64,000 nt of DNA from Candidatus Hermodarchaeum yapensis (GCA_016840405.1 JAEOSK010000004.1:49174-113173), one strand, 5' to 3'; numbered from the stretch's first letter, positions 28,597 through 39,367 are shown. Numbers and translations are program-made. The notes: generated by a model not told the origin, from the letters alone.

Positions 28597-29245
28597 ACGA
28601 CTTACGCGGATAAGGACAATTACGATTCAGAGGACATTCTTGGCAGCTAGGTTTTCGAGCGGTACACACGGTTGCACCAAAGTCGAGGAGTGCTTGATTC
28701 ATCGTATAGGCTTGCCCTGGCGGGATAACCCTTTCAGCTAGATGCCACAGCTGCTTCTTCGCCGGCTCACGCATCGGGTCGCCTTGGATCTGAAAATACC
28801 GTTGTAGTACACGTCGTACGTTTGTATCAAGAATGGGAGCATCTTTATGATACGCAAAGCTAAGGATGGCGCCTGCAGTATATCGTCCGATTCCTCGTAA
28901 AGCCATCAATTCTTCTAATGTGTTAGGGAGACGGCCATTGTACTTCTTAACGACAAGTTTGGCAATCTGTTGGAGGCGTCCAGGACGAAAATTATACCCC
29001 AAGGGACGCCACAACTGTTTAACCTCTTTTTTTGGTGCAGCAGCCAGAGCCTCGAATGTTGGATAGGCTTCCAGGAATTCGTGATACTTGGGAACCACCC
29101 GATCGACTTGAGTTTGATGAAGCATGATTTCAGAGACAAGAATGTGATAAGGATCCTTGGTGCGACGCCAGGGAAGGTCGCGTCCATTAAGGGCATACCA
29201 TTTGAGCAGCATTCGTTGAAACGTCTGAATCTGCTTGCGGCTCAT
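28586..29245 (-). CDS. mutY: A/G-specific adenine glycosylase, HhH-GPD family, catalytic domain only
   Basis: RDLPWR, VSEIMLHQTQV, GIGRYTA, DTNVRRV, C-terminal 4Fe-4S CTARKPSCQECPLNRNC. Confidence 0.88.
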   Translation of the reverse strand: MSRKQIQTFQRMLLKWYALNGRDLPWRRTKDPYHILVSEIMLHQTQVDRVVPKYHEFLEAYPTFEALAAAPKKEVKQLWRPLGYNFRPGRLQQIAKLVVKKYNGRLPNTLEELMALRGIGRYTAGAILSFAYHKDAPILDTNVRRVLQRYFQIQGDPMREPAKKQLWHLAERVIPPGQAYTMNQALLDFGATVCTARKPSCQECPLNRNCPYPRKSSKD

Positions 29246-29319
29246 AGTCTAGCACGTCCTCAGTGAATTAAAAAAGCCATGCATTTTCATCTTCTAAGTA
29301 AATGGGCTTCATTTTGGGT

Positions 29320-30231
29320 CTAATATTTCTTGACGAAATAATATTCTTTGATCGGTTTTGGATAACCATCGGAGACTCCAAAGATTTCGTATCCGAGTTT
29401 CTGAAAGAATTCCGGGGCTTGGAAGGAGTACACCATTGCGAGACTTGAGATGCAACCTTCCTTTCTGGCAATTCCTTCCGCGACCATCATGAGCTCCTTA
29501 CCATAACCTTGACCACGGTATCGCTCATCAATCCAGAGTTGATCAATATACAAAGCTTTGAGTATTGAACCCCCATTTAATCCCCCAATAACTTGTCCTT
29601 CCGCATTTTTGATAATCAAGTTAATTTGAATTCTAGGATTCTTTTTTCGCAATTCGCCAATATGCTCAAGGACATATTCACGAAGACCTGTATGAAGAAC
29701 ATTCATTGACTCTTCAGACGAATCTTCAGAAATCGAGAATTCAGCTTTCCCCTGTCTGGTAGTTTCATTGAGTGTATCATGAGTTGTATCTAATCTTTTC
29801 ATGAGAACATATTCTGTGATACCACTGGTGTATCCATCGAATATTCCTAAGACTTTGTATCCAATACTTTGGTAAAATTCGGGGGCCTGAAAAGAAAAGG
29901 TCCATGTTTGGGCAGCGGTATAGCCTTTTTTCTTTCCGATTCTTTCTGCTTCCAATACGAGAGCTCTTCCGTAACCCTTTCTCCGATGCGTCTTATCGAC
30001 CCAGAGAACCTCAAGGTGCATGACTCCAACCAACATGCTTGTAATTACTCCACCAATAATTTGGCCAGCCTTATCTTTCAAGACCAAACTGATATCAGGT
30101 GTAGGAATGTCTAATTCGCCGTTAGGGTGCTTTTTGTTATGCTCTTCCAATCCCTTCTTGACACTCTCTATCTCTTCCTTGGAGGGATTCGTAATGATGG
30201 CAAATCGGTTGGAATGCTTGCAACTATTCAT
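29320..30231 (-). CDS. Tandem double-GNAT acetyltransferase
   Basis: Repeated LW[VI]D..R..GYG and SFQAPEF[YF]Q..GY motifs. Confidence 0.9.
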   Translation of the reverse strand: MNSCKHSNRFAIITNPSKEEIESVKKGLEEHNKKHPNGELDIPTPDISLVLKDKAGQIIGGVITSMLVGVMHLEVLWVDKTHRRKGYGRALVLEAERIGKKKGYTAAQTWTFSFQAPEFYQSIGYKVLGIFDGYTSGITEYVLMKRLDTTHDTLNETTRQGKAEFSISEDSSEESMNVLHTGLREYVLEHIGELRKKNPRIQINLIIKNAEGQVIGGLNGGSILKALYIDQLWIDERYRGQGYGKELMMVAEGIARKEGCISSLAMVYSFQAPEFFQKLGYEIFGVSDGYPKPIKEYYFVKKY

Positions 30232-30300
30232 CCAATCAGCTCCGGGTTTGAATACTAGTAAGAGTAGAAATTTTGGATATAGTTCTGAGCAGGAACCTCT

Positions 30301-31641
30301 TTGCTCTCTATTAATTTTGTTGAACGGGTAGCATGGACATGTATGGGCATACGAAGGTTTATCAACAGGATGAATCCAAGGCTGCCCATGGTGGCGCCTG
30401 AAACAGAGATTACTGAATCCCCCACGCCATTAGTACCCCGTCGGTATATTTGGGGGCTTTTCCTTGGTTTTTCACTGTTTCATATAGCACAAGCAATTTT
30501 CTGGCAGTTTGGCTCCTACTATCTCTTCGTTGGAATTGGTGAAACCCAATTTCTCCTGATTGGATTGGTGGGCGGATTACCTGTTCTTATCGGACTAACT
30601 GGAGTTTACCTTTGGGGATCAATCTCGGATAAATTGCATCGGCGTCTCCCTTTCATCATATTCGGATTCCTCGGTCAAGCGATTTCTTTTCTGCTCTACA
30701 TCTTCATCCAAGACAGTATAACATTCCTAATCGTTACTTGTGCAGCCTATTTCTTCTCTCTAGCGGCTGTTCCTCTAGCCAATGCTTATCTCACTGAAGC
30801 TCAGACTCAAAAAGGAGGAGCCGTGGGTTTACTCCTTGCCACGAGCAGTCTAGGTTGGGCAGTGGGAGCGTTTTCAGGTGGATTCTTATTCACTCTCATT
30901 GGCATGGAGGGCTTGTTCCTACTCGGTGCTATTGCATACTTTATCGCCATTTTCACTATTCTCATATTAGTCCGTGAACTTCCAGCGCCCGCCCAAGGAT
31001 CAATCATTGACGAGGAAACAATGAGTGAACCATTAAATCCTGATAGAAAATGGATGACCCCACGTATTATACTCCTATTGATAGCTACTGCTGTGGCTAT
31101 TGGCAGTGTTGGAGTAAATGCCCTATCTTTCTTTTTTGGGATTTTCTTAATTGAAGAACTTGCAGGAACAGCAATCATGCTTGGATTAGCCAACGGATTT
31201 GCGTCTCTCACCGGTTTTGCCGTTACCTTAGTTGCAGGACGGGCAACGGATCGCTTAGGTCGAAAACCTATGCTCCTCATGGGATTTGGTAGTTATGCAA
31301 TTTTTATGACGGTTTACCTGTTTGTGGTGGATCCCTGGGTTGCAATGATTCTTTGGATTGTCCCCTTCTATCCCCTGATCTTTACAGCAAGCTATGCAGC
31401 AGCCGCGGATTTAAGCAAAGTGGCACGTCGAGGACGCGCGATGTCAACCATCGCTACGGCAAATTCCTTGGGATCTGGAATAGGTCCAATAATTGGTGGA
31501 GCCTTAGTTCAGTTTGTATTCATCTCAATTCGGGGAAATATGGTCTTCGCTGTTTTGATGAACATAATCGCCTTGACGTTGGTGCTTCTATTCGTACCTG
31601 AAACGCTGCGACGGTTAAGGAATCGTACCGATTCACAATAA
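30301..31641 (+). CDS. MFS transporter
   Basis: WGSISDKLHRR and GRATDRLGRKP; 12 TMs; real start probably downstream of the ORF start. Confidence 0.92.
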   Translation: MLSINFVERVAWTCMGIRRFINRMNPRLPMVAPETEITESPTPLVPRRYIWGLFLGFSLFHIAQAIFWQFGSYYLFVGIGETQFLLIGLVGGLPVLIGLTGVYLWGSISDKLHRRLPFIIFGFLGQAISFLLYIFIQDSITFLIVTCAAYFFSLAAVPLANAYLTEAQTQKGGAVGLLLATSSLGWAVGAFSGGFLFTLIGMEGLFLLGAIAYFIAIFTILILVRELPAPAQGSIIDEETMSEPLNPDRKWMTPRIILLLIATAVAIGSVGVNALSFFFGIFLIEELAGTAIMLGLANGFASLTGFAVTLVAGRATDRLGRKPMLLMGFGSYAIFMTVYLFVVDPWVAMILWIVPFYPLIFTASYAAAADLSKVARRGRAMSTIATANSLGSGIGPIIGGALVQFVFISIRGNMVFAVLMNIIALTLVLLFVPETLRRLRNRTDSQ

Positions 31642-31654
31642 ACGGGCTCGCGTG

Positions 31655-32116
31655 TTATGCGTTATTGTTCTCTTTCTTCTTTCGTCCAGCGCCAATCATG
31701 TCCCCAATGATAATTAGAATGACAGCTGTGACTCCGATTCCACTTGTTAGGAAGTAGAAGATGATATCTTGTATTGGCAGACTGAAGATACCTAATCCGA
31801 TTATTGAGAGGATTTGGAGGGCCAGGTAGTAGAAGGCTGAGAATGTAGCGAGCATGACTAAGATTTTACCGATGAGGGCGAAGATACCTTCGCCAGCGGC
31901 ATACCAGAGAATAGATCCGACAATGACGAAGATTCCACCGAGACTAGTAAAATATAATAAAATCCCGACGAGAAGGTGGCCATTGGGTGCTCCGATAATC
32001 GTGTTTAGAAATTCGCCTAACGCTAATGCTGTTCCAACATCAATAGCGATGGAGGTGCCCGAATAGAGTAGGATACCGCCACCTGCGAGGAGGAGGATTA
32101 ATCCAATTAAAGCCAT
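31655..32116 (-). CDS. Four-TM membrane protein, hypothetical
   Basis: Gly-rich hydrophobic helices and basic C-terminal tail. Confidence 0.75.
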   Translation of the reverse strand: MALIGLILLLAGGGILLYSGTSIAIDVGTALALGEFLNTIIGAPNGHLLVGILLYFTSLGGIFVIVGSILWYAAGEGIFALIGKILVMLATFSAFYYLALQILSIIGLGIFSLPIQDIIFYFLTSGIGVTAVILIIIGDMIGAGRKKKENNNA

Positions 32117-32253
32117 AGTGTGTCAACATCCAGAAATGTGTATAGATACCCCCAAAGATATGCCCTTATAGTTTACGTGAAGGATGTCAGAGAACGGTTT
32201 TCACGTTGTTTTCCGTAATTTTGGGGGATGATTAGTTTTTTATCATCGCGCCA

Positions 32254-33630
32254 TTGTGTAGTGGTAGAAGCCTTTCTCGACGATTTTATGGGTGTATTAT
32301 GTTGAATCTTGGAGAAACCATTAAGACACTCCCTTCAGAAGCGTGGCAAGCCTTGAAAAAGTACTTCGCGGGTTTGCGACTATTCTTCAATCGGGAAAAT
32401 TGGTCTCACAGCATTGTCTTTTTGGGCACAATGACATTTTTCCTTATATTCGCGATGTTTCAAAGACCGATACGGAATCTTGTAATTGAAGCAGGACTTA
32501 GTGGTGGGATCTTTATTGTCAATATCGTTACGGTTGTTTATCTCGCCGGCATAGGGGCTTTCATCGGGTTTCTTCTCCTAGGTTTCATTGGCGTGTTTGC
32601 TCAAGGGCGGAAAGTTCTCTATGAATCTAGGATTCGCCACTTCATGTCCCCACTCCTCATTGGTGGTTTTATCATCCTTTTCGTCTTCATCCTTCCACAA
32701 CTACTCCGAAACAACGGTATCTTTTGGTTTCTCCTTCATGGTCAAGAGGGAAGTTTAGGCGTTTTTCAGATGATCTTCCTCGGATGTTGGGTGGTTTTCG
32801 TCTTCCTCCAAGTCATCCTCCTAGGATATACCGTCGTGAAATCAATCAAGTGGCTTTCAGGATACCTCCAAGTTCCTGAAACCAAAAGGAATATCAGAAA
32901 ATACTGGGTGCCTCTCATCATTCTTGTTATTCTAATTCCAATCGCCATTTGGGGGTGGTTTCCAATCATGTATACTCTCATGATTATGCCTCGACCTCCT
33001 CCCGTGATTCCTGCGATTCCCATTCCATCGTATGTGAGACTATTGTTAGAGCAAAGCCCGCTGGATTATCTTTCATATTTGCTCATGGTGTTCCCCATTG
33101 TTGCCATTGTGGCAGCAATTGTACTCTGGCGGCGCCTCCCACAAGTTTCTCTTGCCCTGGCTAGTTTCGGTATTTTCTATCCTGTTTTAGTGTATTACTA
33201 TCGGTTCCGTGTTATCCAATATTTTCACAATTGGTCAGACATCATTGCAGCTGTAACCTCACCCGTCCAAGGGTCAGTCTTTGTTGAGATGGCACTATTG
33301 ATAATTACATTTGCTCTAGCGTTGTTAGGAGCTGCGAAACTGCAACGGGGTGTCTCACCGAATCCTTTTGGACTCTTCGCAGTAATGATTGGTGTGCTAG
33401 TGTTTGTGCTATCTTGGGTTCTCTTCGTAGATGTTCCCGTATTTGGGCTAGAATATTATGGAATGATTACGGCAGCTCTTTCTGCACTACTCGCCGTTTT
33501 CGTCTTTGTCATTCTCCCCATTGCTTACAGCATTTACCGATGGAAACATTTTCCATCAACTACGGAGGAGAAATCTCCAACCTTCGAATTGTCAGAAGAG
33601 ACTCTAATCGATGAAACAGGTGAATTGTAG
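32254..33630 (+). CDS. Polytopic membrane protein (~11 TM), hypothetical
   Basis: Long hydrophobic ORF; stop overlaps the next start; probable start ATG 32299. Confidence 0.8.
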   Translation: MCSGRSLSRRFYGCIMLNLGETIKTLPSEAWQALKKYFAGLRLFFNRENWSHSIVFLGTMTFFLIFAMFQRPIRNLVIEAGLSGGIFIVNIVTVVYLAGIGAFIGFLLLGFIGVFAQGRKVLYESRIRHFMSPLLIGGFIILFVFILPQLLRNNGIFWFLLHGQEGSLGVFQMIFLGCWVVFVFLQVILLGYTVVKSIKWLSGYLQVPETKRNIRKYWVPLIILVILIPIAIWGWFPIMYTLMIMPRPPPVIPAIPIPSYVRLLLEQSPLDYLSYLLMVFPIVAIVAAIVLWRRLPQVSLALASFGIFYPVLVYYYRFRVIQYFHNWSDIIAAVTSPVQGSVFVEMALLIITFALALLGAAKLQRGVSPNPFGLFAVMIGVLVFVLSWVLFVDVPVFGLEYYGMITAALSALLAVFVFVILPIAYSIYRWKHFPSTTEEKSPTFELSEETLIDETGEL

Positions 33631-34271
33631 TGGATGCATCCTTAGTCCAGGCGATTGAAAAATTCGCTCGCAATGCTCTTCAAGTTGGGAAAGGGGGAGC
33701 CCATTCGTATGAACATACTCTTCGGGTGCGTCAACTCTGCATGCTAATAGGCAGAACTGAAAATGCTGATCTTGAAGTGTTAGAGGCTGCTGCCTTGCTT
33801 CATGATATTGGTCGTCCTGAAGAAGAGGTAACAGGAGAATCACATGCAATCGTTGGAGCGAATATGGCTGTCACCTTCCTTGCCACGACTTCATTTCCCC
33901 CGGAGAAACTTCCATTGGTTGCGAGTACCATTCGGACGCACCGGTTTAGTGAAAACTTGACGCCTGATTCCTTAGAGGGAGAGATTCTAAGTGATGCTGA
34001 TAAGCTCGATGCGATGGGAGCCTTAGGGTTAGCTCGGACCATTGCTGAAAGCTTGATGCAAAAACGTGGACTCCAGGGAACGATTGAGCACTTGGACCGA
34101 AAGCTACTGAAACTTCTCAGCAGGATGTATACTAATACTGGGAAACGATTGGCTGCACCACGTCATCAATTACTAGTTGAATTCATGGAACAGCTGGCCG
34201 CCGAATTCCAAGCAATTGGAGAACTCCTGCCACCCGAACTTCGTCCGTTTGATTCTAAAGAGAGTAAGTGA
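33630..34271 (+). CDS. HD-domain phosphohydrolase
   Basis: HSYEHTLRV, LLHDIGR, H, DADKLDAMGA. Confidence 0.93.
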   Translation: MDASLVQAIEKFARNALQVGKGGAHSYEHTLRVRQLCMLIGRTENADLEVLEAAALLHDIGRPEEEVTGESHAIVGANMAVTFLATTSFPPEKLPLVASTIRTHRFSENLTPDSLEGEILSDADKLDAMGALGLARTIAESLMQKRGLQGTIEHLDRKLLKLLSRMYTNTGKRLAAPRHQLLVEFMEQLAAEFQAIGELLPPELRPFDSKESK

Positions 34272-34332
34272 TTTAACACTCCTCAATACAGAGGACTGTT
34301 CCTATTGATATCTGTAAATTGGTTGTGAGGAT

Positions 34333-35016
34333 ATGACTTCAAAATCAACAGAATCACAGGAAGCTTTCCCAGAAAGTTTCCTATTTTCATCAAGGTTAGG
34401 TGCCATCTGTGGCATCCTGGGACCGTTGATTGGCTTTGCCAGCATCGCCATTGCGATTGGTCTTTCTCCTACGTGGTTCAATTGGTGGATCAACGCCCTA
34501 AGCGATCTTGGTCATCCAGCAATGCTAGGTGGCCTTAATGGCACTCCTGGTCTCAATCCTGCTGCCCCATACTTTAACGGAGGACTCATCCTCACTGGAA
34601 TCGTTACGATAATCTTTTGCACGCATTTGCTCATGTTCTTCTATTTGCGTAAGAACATCATTGGCATGATTGGAACCTTTCTCTTCATGATTTCCATGGC
34701 GTTTCTTGCTCTTGTGGGTGTCTATCATGAAGCCCTCCTTTTTCCACATGCGATTGCCGCGTTAGGCTTCTTCTTTACTCTTTTCATCTGTTCGATTATC
34801 CTTGGAATTGCTTTCGTCCGAAATCCATCCACTCGAATCGAAGGAATCATCGCTTTGATCATGGGAGTGATTATTACGATTACCCTCTTTGTAGGATTCA
34901 GTAACCTGGTCCCGTGGACTGGGGCTGCAATCCCGGAAATGATTATGGCCATTGCAGGATTCATCTGGATCATTCCAGTGTGCATTAGGATGTACCGGTA
35001 TGGATATGAAATGTGA
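34333..35016 (+). CDS. DUF998-like membrane protein, paralogue 1
   Basis: PTWFNWWINALSDLG, FNGGLI, VGVYHE, GAAIPE. Confidence 0.85.
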   Translation: MTSKSTESQEAFPESFLFSSRLGAICGILGPLIGFASIAIAIGLSPTWFNWWINALSDLGHPAMLGGLNGTPGLNPAAPYFNGGLILTGIVTIIFCTHLLMFFYLRKNIIGMIGTFLFMISMAFLALVGVYHEALLFPHAIAALGFFFTLFICSIILGIAFVRNPSTRIEGIIALIMGVIITITLFVGFSNLVPWTGAAIPEMIMAIAGFIWIIPVCIRMYRYGYEM

Positions 35017-35034
35017 AGAGATTCTGGAATACGG

Positions 35035-35772
35035 TTGAGGCACAAGTCTTATTTGTCTCATAATGGCTTAGGTGGGTTTCCAGAGGAGTTGACTCTTGTG
35101 TCAAATGACGAGGAGGCTCAAAAAATCCATCCTGCCCGAGAATTCATTTTTTCGTCTCGGTTTGCAGGATTATGTGGAATTATTGGTCCGTTGATTGCCA
35201 TCTCAGGTATTGCCCTCGCAATTTTAGTCTCACCCTGGTTTAACTGGTTTACAAACGCGTTAAGCGATCTTGGTCATCCATGGATGCTTGGCGGCTCAAA
35301 TGGTACGCCCGGATACAATCATGCAGCGCCCATTTTCAATTCTGCTCTCTCCTTAACTGGGCTCGTTACCCTCGTGTTGACAATTTGGCTTATCAGGTAT
35401 GAATACTTTGAACTTTCGACCTTTGGAGTGATTGCCGCGGTTCTGCTGACGGTTTCCCAATTCTTCCTCATCGGAATCGGGATTTTCCATGAGGGCTATG
35501 GTGAACTTCATTTCATTGTATCGTTGGGTTTCTTCGTACATCTGATAATTGCTGGAATGCTGTTTGGAATACGGTTAATACTCGAAAAGAAAATGCGAAT
35601 CTTTGGAATATCAGCATTCATCCTTGCCTTCATCAGCATGATAATGTGGGTTTTGTACTATCTTGATTTGACAGTGTTTACTGGTGTAGCTATTCCTGAA
35701 ATCATTTCAGCCATCGCGGCCATGATTTGGGTCTATCCACTCTGTATCCGAATCATCCTTCAGAAAAACTAG
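35035..35772 (+). CDS. DUF998-like membrane protein, paralogue 2
   Basis: PWFNWFTNALSDLG, IGIFHE, GVAIPE; probable start GTG 35098. Confidence 0.85.
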   Translation: MRHKSYLSHNGLGGFPEELTLVSNDEEAQKIHPAREFIFSSRFAGLCGIIGPLIAISGIALAILVSPWFNWFTNALSDLGHPWMLGGSNGTPGYNHAAPIFNSALSLTGLVTLVLTIWLIRYEYFELSTFGVIAAVLLTVSQFFLIGIGIFHEGYGELHFIVSLGFFVHLIIAGMLFGIRLILEKKMRIFGISAFILAFISMIMWVLYYLDLTVFTGVAIPEIISAIAAMIWVYPLCIRIILQKN

Positions 35773-35791
35773 CTCAACTACCTAGCGCCCT

Positions 35792-37255
35792 TCAAACATG
35801 CTTGAGAAGTTCCTGGAGATTCTCCATTACCAGGGTTTGGAACTTTGAATACCCTTGGTTGTAGACCTCAGCATTCTCAGGATTCGGAGAATGAACTTCA
35901 GTCTGATGAACCATAGCGTCCACAGCCTTCTCAACCGTCGGATACTGATTCATACCCACTGCAGCTAAAATTGCCGCACCCAAAGCGGTCCCCTCATCCA
36001 CACCTGTTTTTATGCAGGATCGGCTAGTGATGTCACATTGAATTTGTCTCCACAAGGCTGATCGGGAGCCCCCGCCATCCAGACGCAACTCCTCAACAGT
36101 AACACCTGCAGAAAACATCACATCAATGAGAAATCGAGGAATGTACCCCCCAGCTTCGAGAATCATTCGAGCAACATCTGCACGTGAGTGATGAAATCCC
36201 AACCCTTTGATAAGTCCCATTCCAAAACTGAAGAATGGAAAAAGAACCAAACCTTTACTTCCCGGAGGTGATTGGGCGGCCTGTTCCACGATATAATCAT
36301 ACGGATCACGGCCCAACCGTTCAGCCACTGCTGACTCGATATGCCCAAAATTATCCCTAAACCAGCGAAGAATAGTCCCAGTCCCGGGAACGACTCCTTC
36401 AATAACCCATTGATTCGGCAAAACGTGGGGAACGGAAAACGTGATTCCCATAGGATCCTTAGTTTCTTTCTCTACAGGTGTGACAACAAAGGTTCCAGTT
36501 CCTGTGGTTACTTTTGCAACCCCTTGCTTCAGGACACCTAATCCCACTGCCGAACATTGTTGATCTCCGCCACCAGTCACAACTGGTGTTCCTGCAGCTA
36601 ACCCGGTTTGTTTGGCGGCTTCTGTTGTTAGCTCACCTATGATATTACCGGAGGGTACTATTTCGGGCCACATCAGTACTGGCAAATCAAGTTGTTCAGC
36701 GATTGTATCCGATAACTTGTAAGTTTCAGTATCAAGGAGTCCATAGGAATGATTTGTATAATCAGAGGCTAGCTCTCCAGTGAGTCGGTGATAGATGAAT
36801 GCATCCGGTGTAGCAAACTTCTCGGTTTTTTTGAACACCTTTGGCTGCATGTCCTTAAACCACAAGGCACGACGCAAACTTGTACGCTGTTTAACAATCG
36901 CCTCATGCGCTTCAGCAGAAGGTGAGGTACGGAAATCCATCCACGTAATTGCATTAGCTAAAGGGTTCCCATCCTTATCCAAGGGCACAAGGGTCACACG
37001 TTGAGTAACCACCGAGATGGCAAACACATCAGCCGGATTAATATTCCCTTTTTGTAAGACCTCTTGCATGGTTTCTTGAGTGGTCCGCCACCAATCCTCA
37101 ACATTCTGTTCTGCTTGTTTCTCAACCTCAGCGATGGTCGGAAATTCTCGGTATGCTTTCACAATTTCAGACCCTTTCAAATCGAAGAGCACAGAGCGAT
37201 TTCCGGTTGACCCTAAATCAATGACAGCGATGAATTGTCCTTTTACCATACTCAA
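35792..37255 (-). CDS. FGGY-family carbohydrate kinase
   Basis: IDLGST, AITWMDFR, GGGDQQ, TGTG, DGGGSRS..WRQI, ALGAAILA. Confidence 0.93.
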   Translation of the reverse strand: MSMVKGQFIAVIDLGSTGNRSVLFDLKGSEIVKAYREFPTIAEVEKQAEQNVEDWWRTTQETMQEVLQKGNINPADVFAISVVTQRVTLVPLDKDGNPLANAITWMDFRTSPSAEAHEAIVKQRTSLRRALWFKDMQPKVFKKTEKFATPDAFIYHRLTGELASDYTNHSYGLLDTETYKLSDTIAEQLDLPVLMWPEIVPSGNIIGELTTEAAKQTGLAAGTPVVTGGGDQQCSAVGLGVLKQGVAKVTTGTGTFVVTPVEKETKDPMGITFSVPHVLPNQWVIEGVVPGTGTILRWFRDNFGHIESAVAERLGRDPYDYIVEQAAQSPPGSKGLVLFPFFSFGMGLIKGLGFHHSRADVARMILEAGGYIPRFLIDVMFSAGVTVEELRLDGGGSRSALWRQIQCDITSRSCIKTGVDEGTALGAAILAAVGMNQYPTVEKAVDAMVHQTEVHSPNPENAEVYNQGYSKFQTLVMENLQELLKHV

Positions 37256-37360
37256 ACCTCCGAGAATCCGTATTCTAGCCTGTGTTTGACTAGATGTCCC
37301 TCAAAAGGCTTTACCAAATGGTTTCAGAGTCAATATTGCCAGGTAAGCAAAATGGTGAAT

Positions 37361-37735
37361 CTAACCTTTGACAATTAATCGATCTAAGGCACCTGAGGCG
37401 GTCAGCTTATCAATAGCTGTCTGGTATTGATCTTCGTCGTTAATCATCGTGTTACATGCCTCTTCCCGCATATGTGTTCCAGACTTCACCGTAACAGTAA
37501 CCTTCTTGTCAGGAAATTCATCCTCTAACGCCTTCCGAATAATTATCCCAATAACAGCGCCCATTGGACACATGGGACTGGTTGGAGCAAATTCAACGCG
37601 AATGGTCTCATCGGTGATTGTTACATCTTCATTTTTCACCAAACCCATCTCAACAACATTAACCGGATGTTCAGGATCAAGCACCCGACGAAGAACCACT
37701 AGAACCTCTTCAGTTTTCATATGCTTCAGCTTCAA
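37361..37735 (-). CDS. DUF59/MIP18 (SufT/CIA2-like) Fe-S assembly protein
   Basis: VLDPEHPVNVVEMGLV, PTSPMCPMG; the DPEHP and GTH motifs resemble the CIA2/MIP18 type. Confidence 0.88.
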   Translation of the reverse strand: MKLKHMKTEEVLVVLRRVLDPEHPVNVVEMGLVKNEDVTITDETIRVEFAPTSPMCPMGAVIGIIIRKALEDEFPDKKVTVTVKSGTHMREEACNTMINDEDQYQTAIDKLTASGALDRLIVKG

Positions 37736-37837
37736 TTTAGTTCGTTGTTTTGTTGATAGCGGTGTTCCCTTTAAACACTAAGGTTACTAAATTCATAGAC
37801 TACAAAGAGGGCTCGATTTAATCCTTAGTTGTACATC

Positions 37838-39367
37838 TCATCTTTTTCGTTGAAGAAGCCTTAGTTTGGGATTCATTACGGTATTGATTCCATGACCAAA
37901 AAACACCCAACCAAGAGCAAATAGAGTAAGGCACAATCCAGCTGGCACAAACAACCACCACTCACCACCACTAATTGCACCATTATAATAAGCAGCACCA
38001 AGCATACGGCCCCAAGAGACATAGTTGATTGGCAAGAATAGGGGTGAATCTACTGTGCCTCGCCACTCGTCGAAATTGTGCAGATAGTCAAAGAACCCCA
38101 AGTTCGCTTCAATAACAACAGCTGTGGCTGCAGTAAGGGCGAATTGCACAAAGAAAATTGTCATAACACTGGGAACTAAAGTACGAAATATTATATAGAA
38201 TGAAGAGGCCCCTGATGCCCGGGCAGACTCCACATAGAGCTTCTCCTTTTCCACCAAAACTTGGGAACGAACCATACGAGCAGTACGAGGCCACCAAAGG
38301 ATTGAGAGAATAAGAATAAGAAATGAATAACTTGCGCCTTGAAGGAGGACCATCAGTACCATCAGAACGGGTATAACGGGAATAATTAGGAAAAATGTTG
38401 AAATCCCCATTAGTAACTCATCAAGAAAGCCTCCGACATATCCTGCTGTAACACCAACAGCAAGCCCTATCACTGATGTTAATACAGCCGTACAGACGGC
38501 AATGAAAATCGTCACATGTGTGCTCCAAAAAATCTGTGCAAGAACATCGTTCCCATATTGTGTCGTTCCTAACAGCCCATAGGCTTTTCTTTCCCCCAGA
38601 ATTTCCATTTTGTCAAACCAGACTTCAATCATCCCTGTACAGTTGGGATCGGATTCCACGAGCTTCACACCAAACTCCATTTTTATTTCTGCCCCGGGTT
38701 TAAAAATGAAAAAACTTAGAAATTCAGGGATATACCCTTCATAGATTTCCCAATAATCGGCATAGGTAAGAAACGTGAAATGGTGGAAACGGGAGTCAAC
38801 ATTGATGTGTTCCGGAACGTCAATTCGGACATAAGGCAAAAAAGAGTATTTCGTGAAATTCCCCGAAAAAAGGGATTTCATTGCTAAATTAATTCGGATA
38901 TTCGCGGGAGCCCGATAAGAAAAAGGAAACGCCATTTTAGCGCTGACATTCTCGTGAAAAGCCATGCTATCATCAGAATCGATAAATCCCAGACGAACCG
39001 ATTGATTCCCAAAATAAACTTCATTTTCATCATAAGAGAAAAAGCCTACATCTGGGTTAGATGTGTTAAATTCTAAATTGGTATCACCATAAAAGTAAGG
39101 GTCAGGAACATAGTTACCAGTTGGGGCCCATAGCGGATCGAAAAATGCCTGCCAAGCTGGTGGAGATGCATTCGGTCCCACCCCATACACAAAACGCAGA
39201 CCAGGATAAACTGGAAACAAAATTGGAGCCAACAAAGCCATCGCAAAAAAACCACTCAGTATAATTAATCCAATTACACCAAACTTCACTCTTCGAAAAT
39301 CCTTCAGAAACTGGATTAAACGCTCTTTCCGAGTTTTTCGATATCTAAGCTTTTGCCGGCTCATCAA
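37838..39367 (-). CDS. Peptide/nickel ABC transporter permease (DppC/OppC) with large extracytoplasmic insertion
   Basis: LLGTTQYGNDV, EAA motif YVESARASGAS, SWGRML, MNPKLR. Confidence 0.9.
   Translation of the reverse strand: MMSRQKLRYRKTRKERLIQFLKDFRRVKFGVIGLIILSGFFAMALLAPILFPVYPGLRFVYGVGPNASPPAWQAFFDPLWAPTGNYVPDPYFYGDTNLEFNTSNPDVGFFSYDENEVYFGNQSVRLGFIDSDDSMAFHENVSAKMAFPFSYRAPANIRINLAMKSLFSGNFTKYSFLPYVRIDVPEHINVDSRFHHFTFLTYADYWEIYEGYIPEFLSFFIFKPGAEIKMEFGVKLVESDPNCTGMIEVWFDKMEILGERKAYGLLGTTQYGNDVLAQIFWSTHVTIFIAVCTAVLTSVIGLAVGVTAGYVGGFLDELLMGISTFFLIIPVIPVLMVLMVLLQGASYSFLILILSILWWPRTARMVRSQVLVEKEKLYVESARASGASSFYIIFRTLVPSVMTIFFVQFALTAATAVVIEANLGFFDYLHNFDEWRGTVDSPLFLPINYVSWGRMLGAAYYNGAISGGEWWLFVPAGLCLTLFALGWVFFGHGINTVMNPKLRLLQRKR

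Noticed and set aside
32175-32206. ACGTGAA-N18-TTCACGT sharing half-sites with the 465-491 palindrome
   Set aside because: The spacer differs (18 vs 11 nt) and the flanks are unrelated; could be chance
34333-35772. Possible DGR template/variable repeat pair
   Set aside because: Differences are not adenine-specific and no reverse transcriptase is present; these are ordinary paralogues
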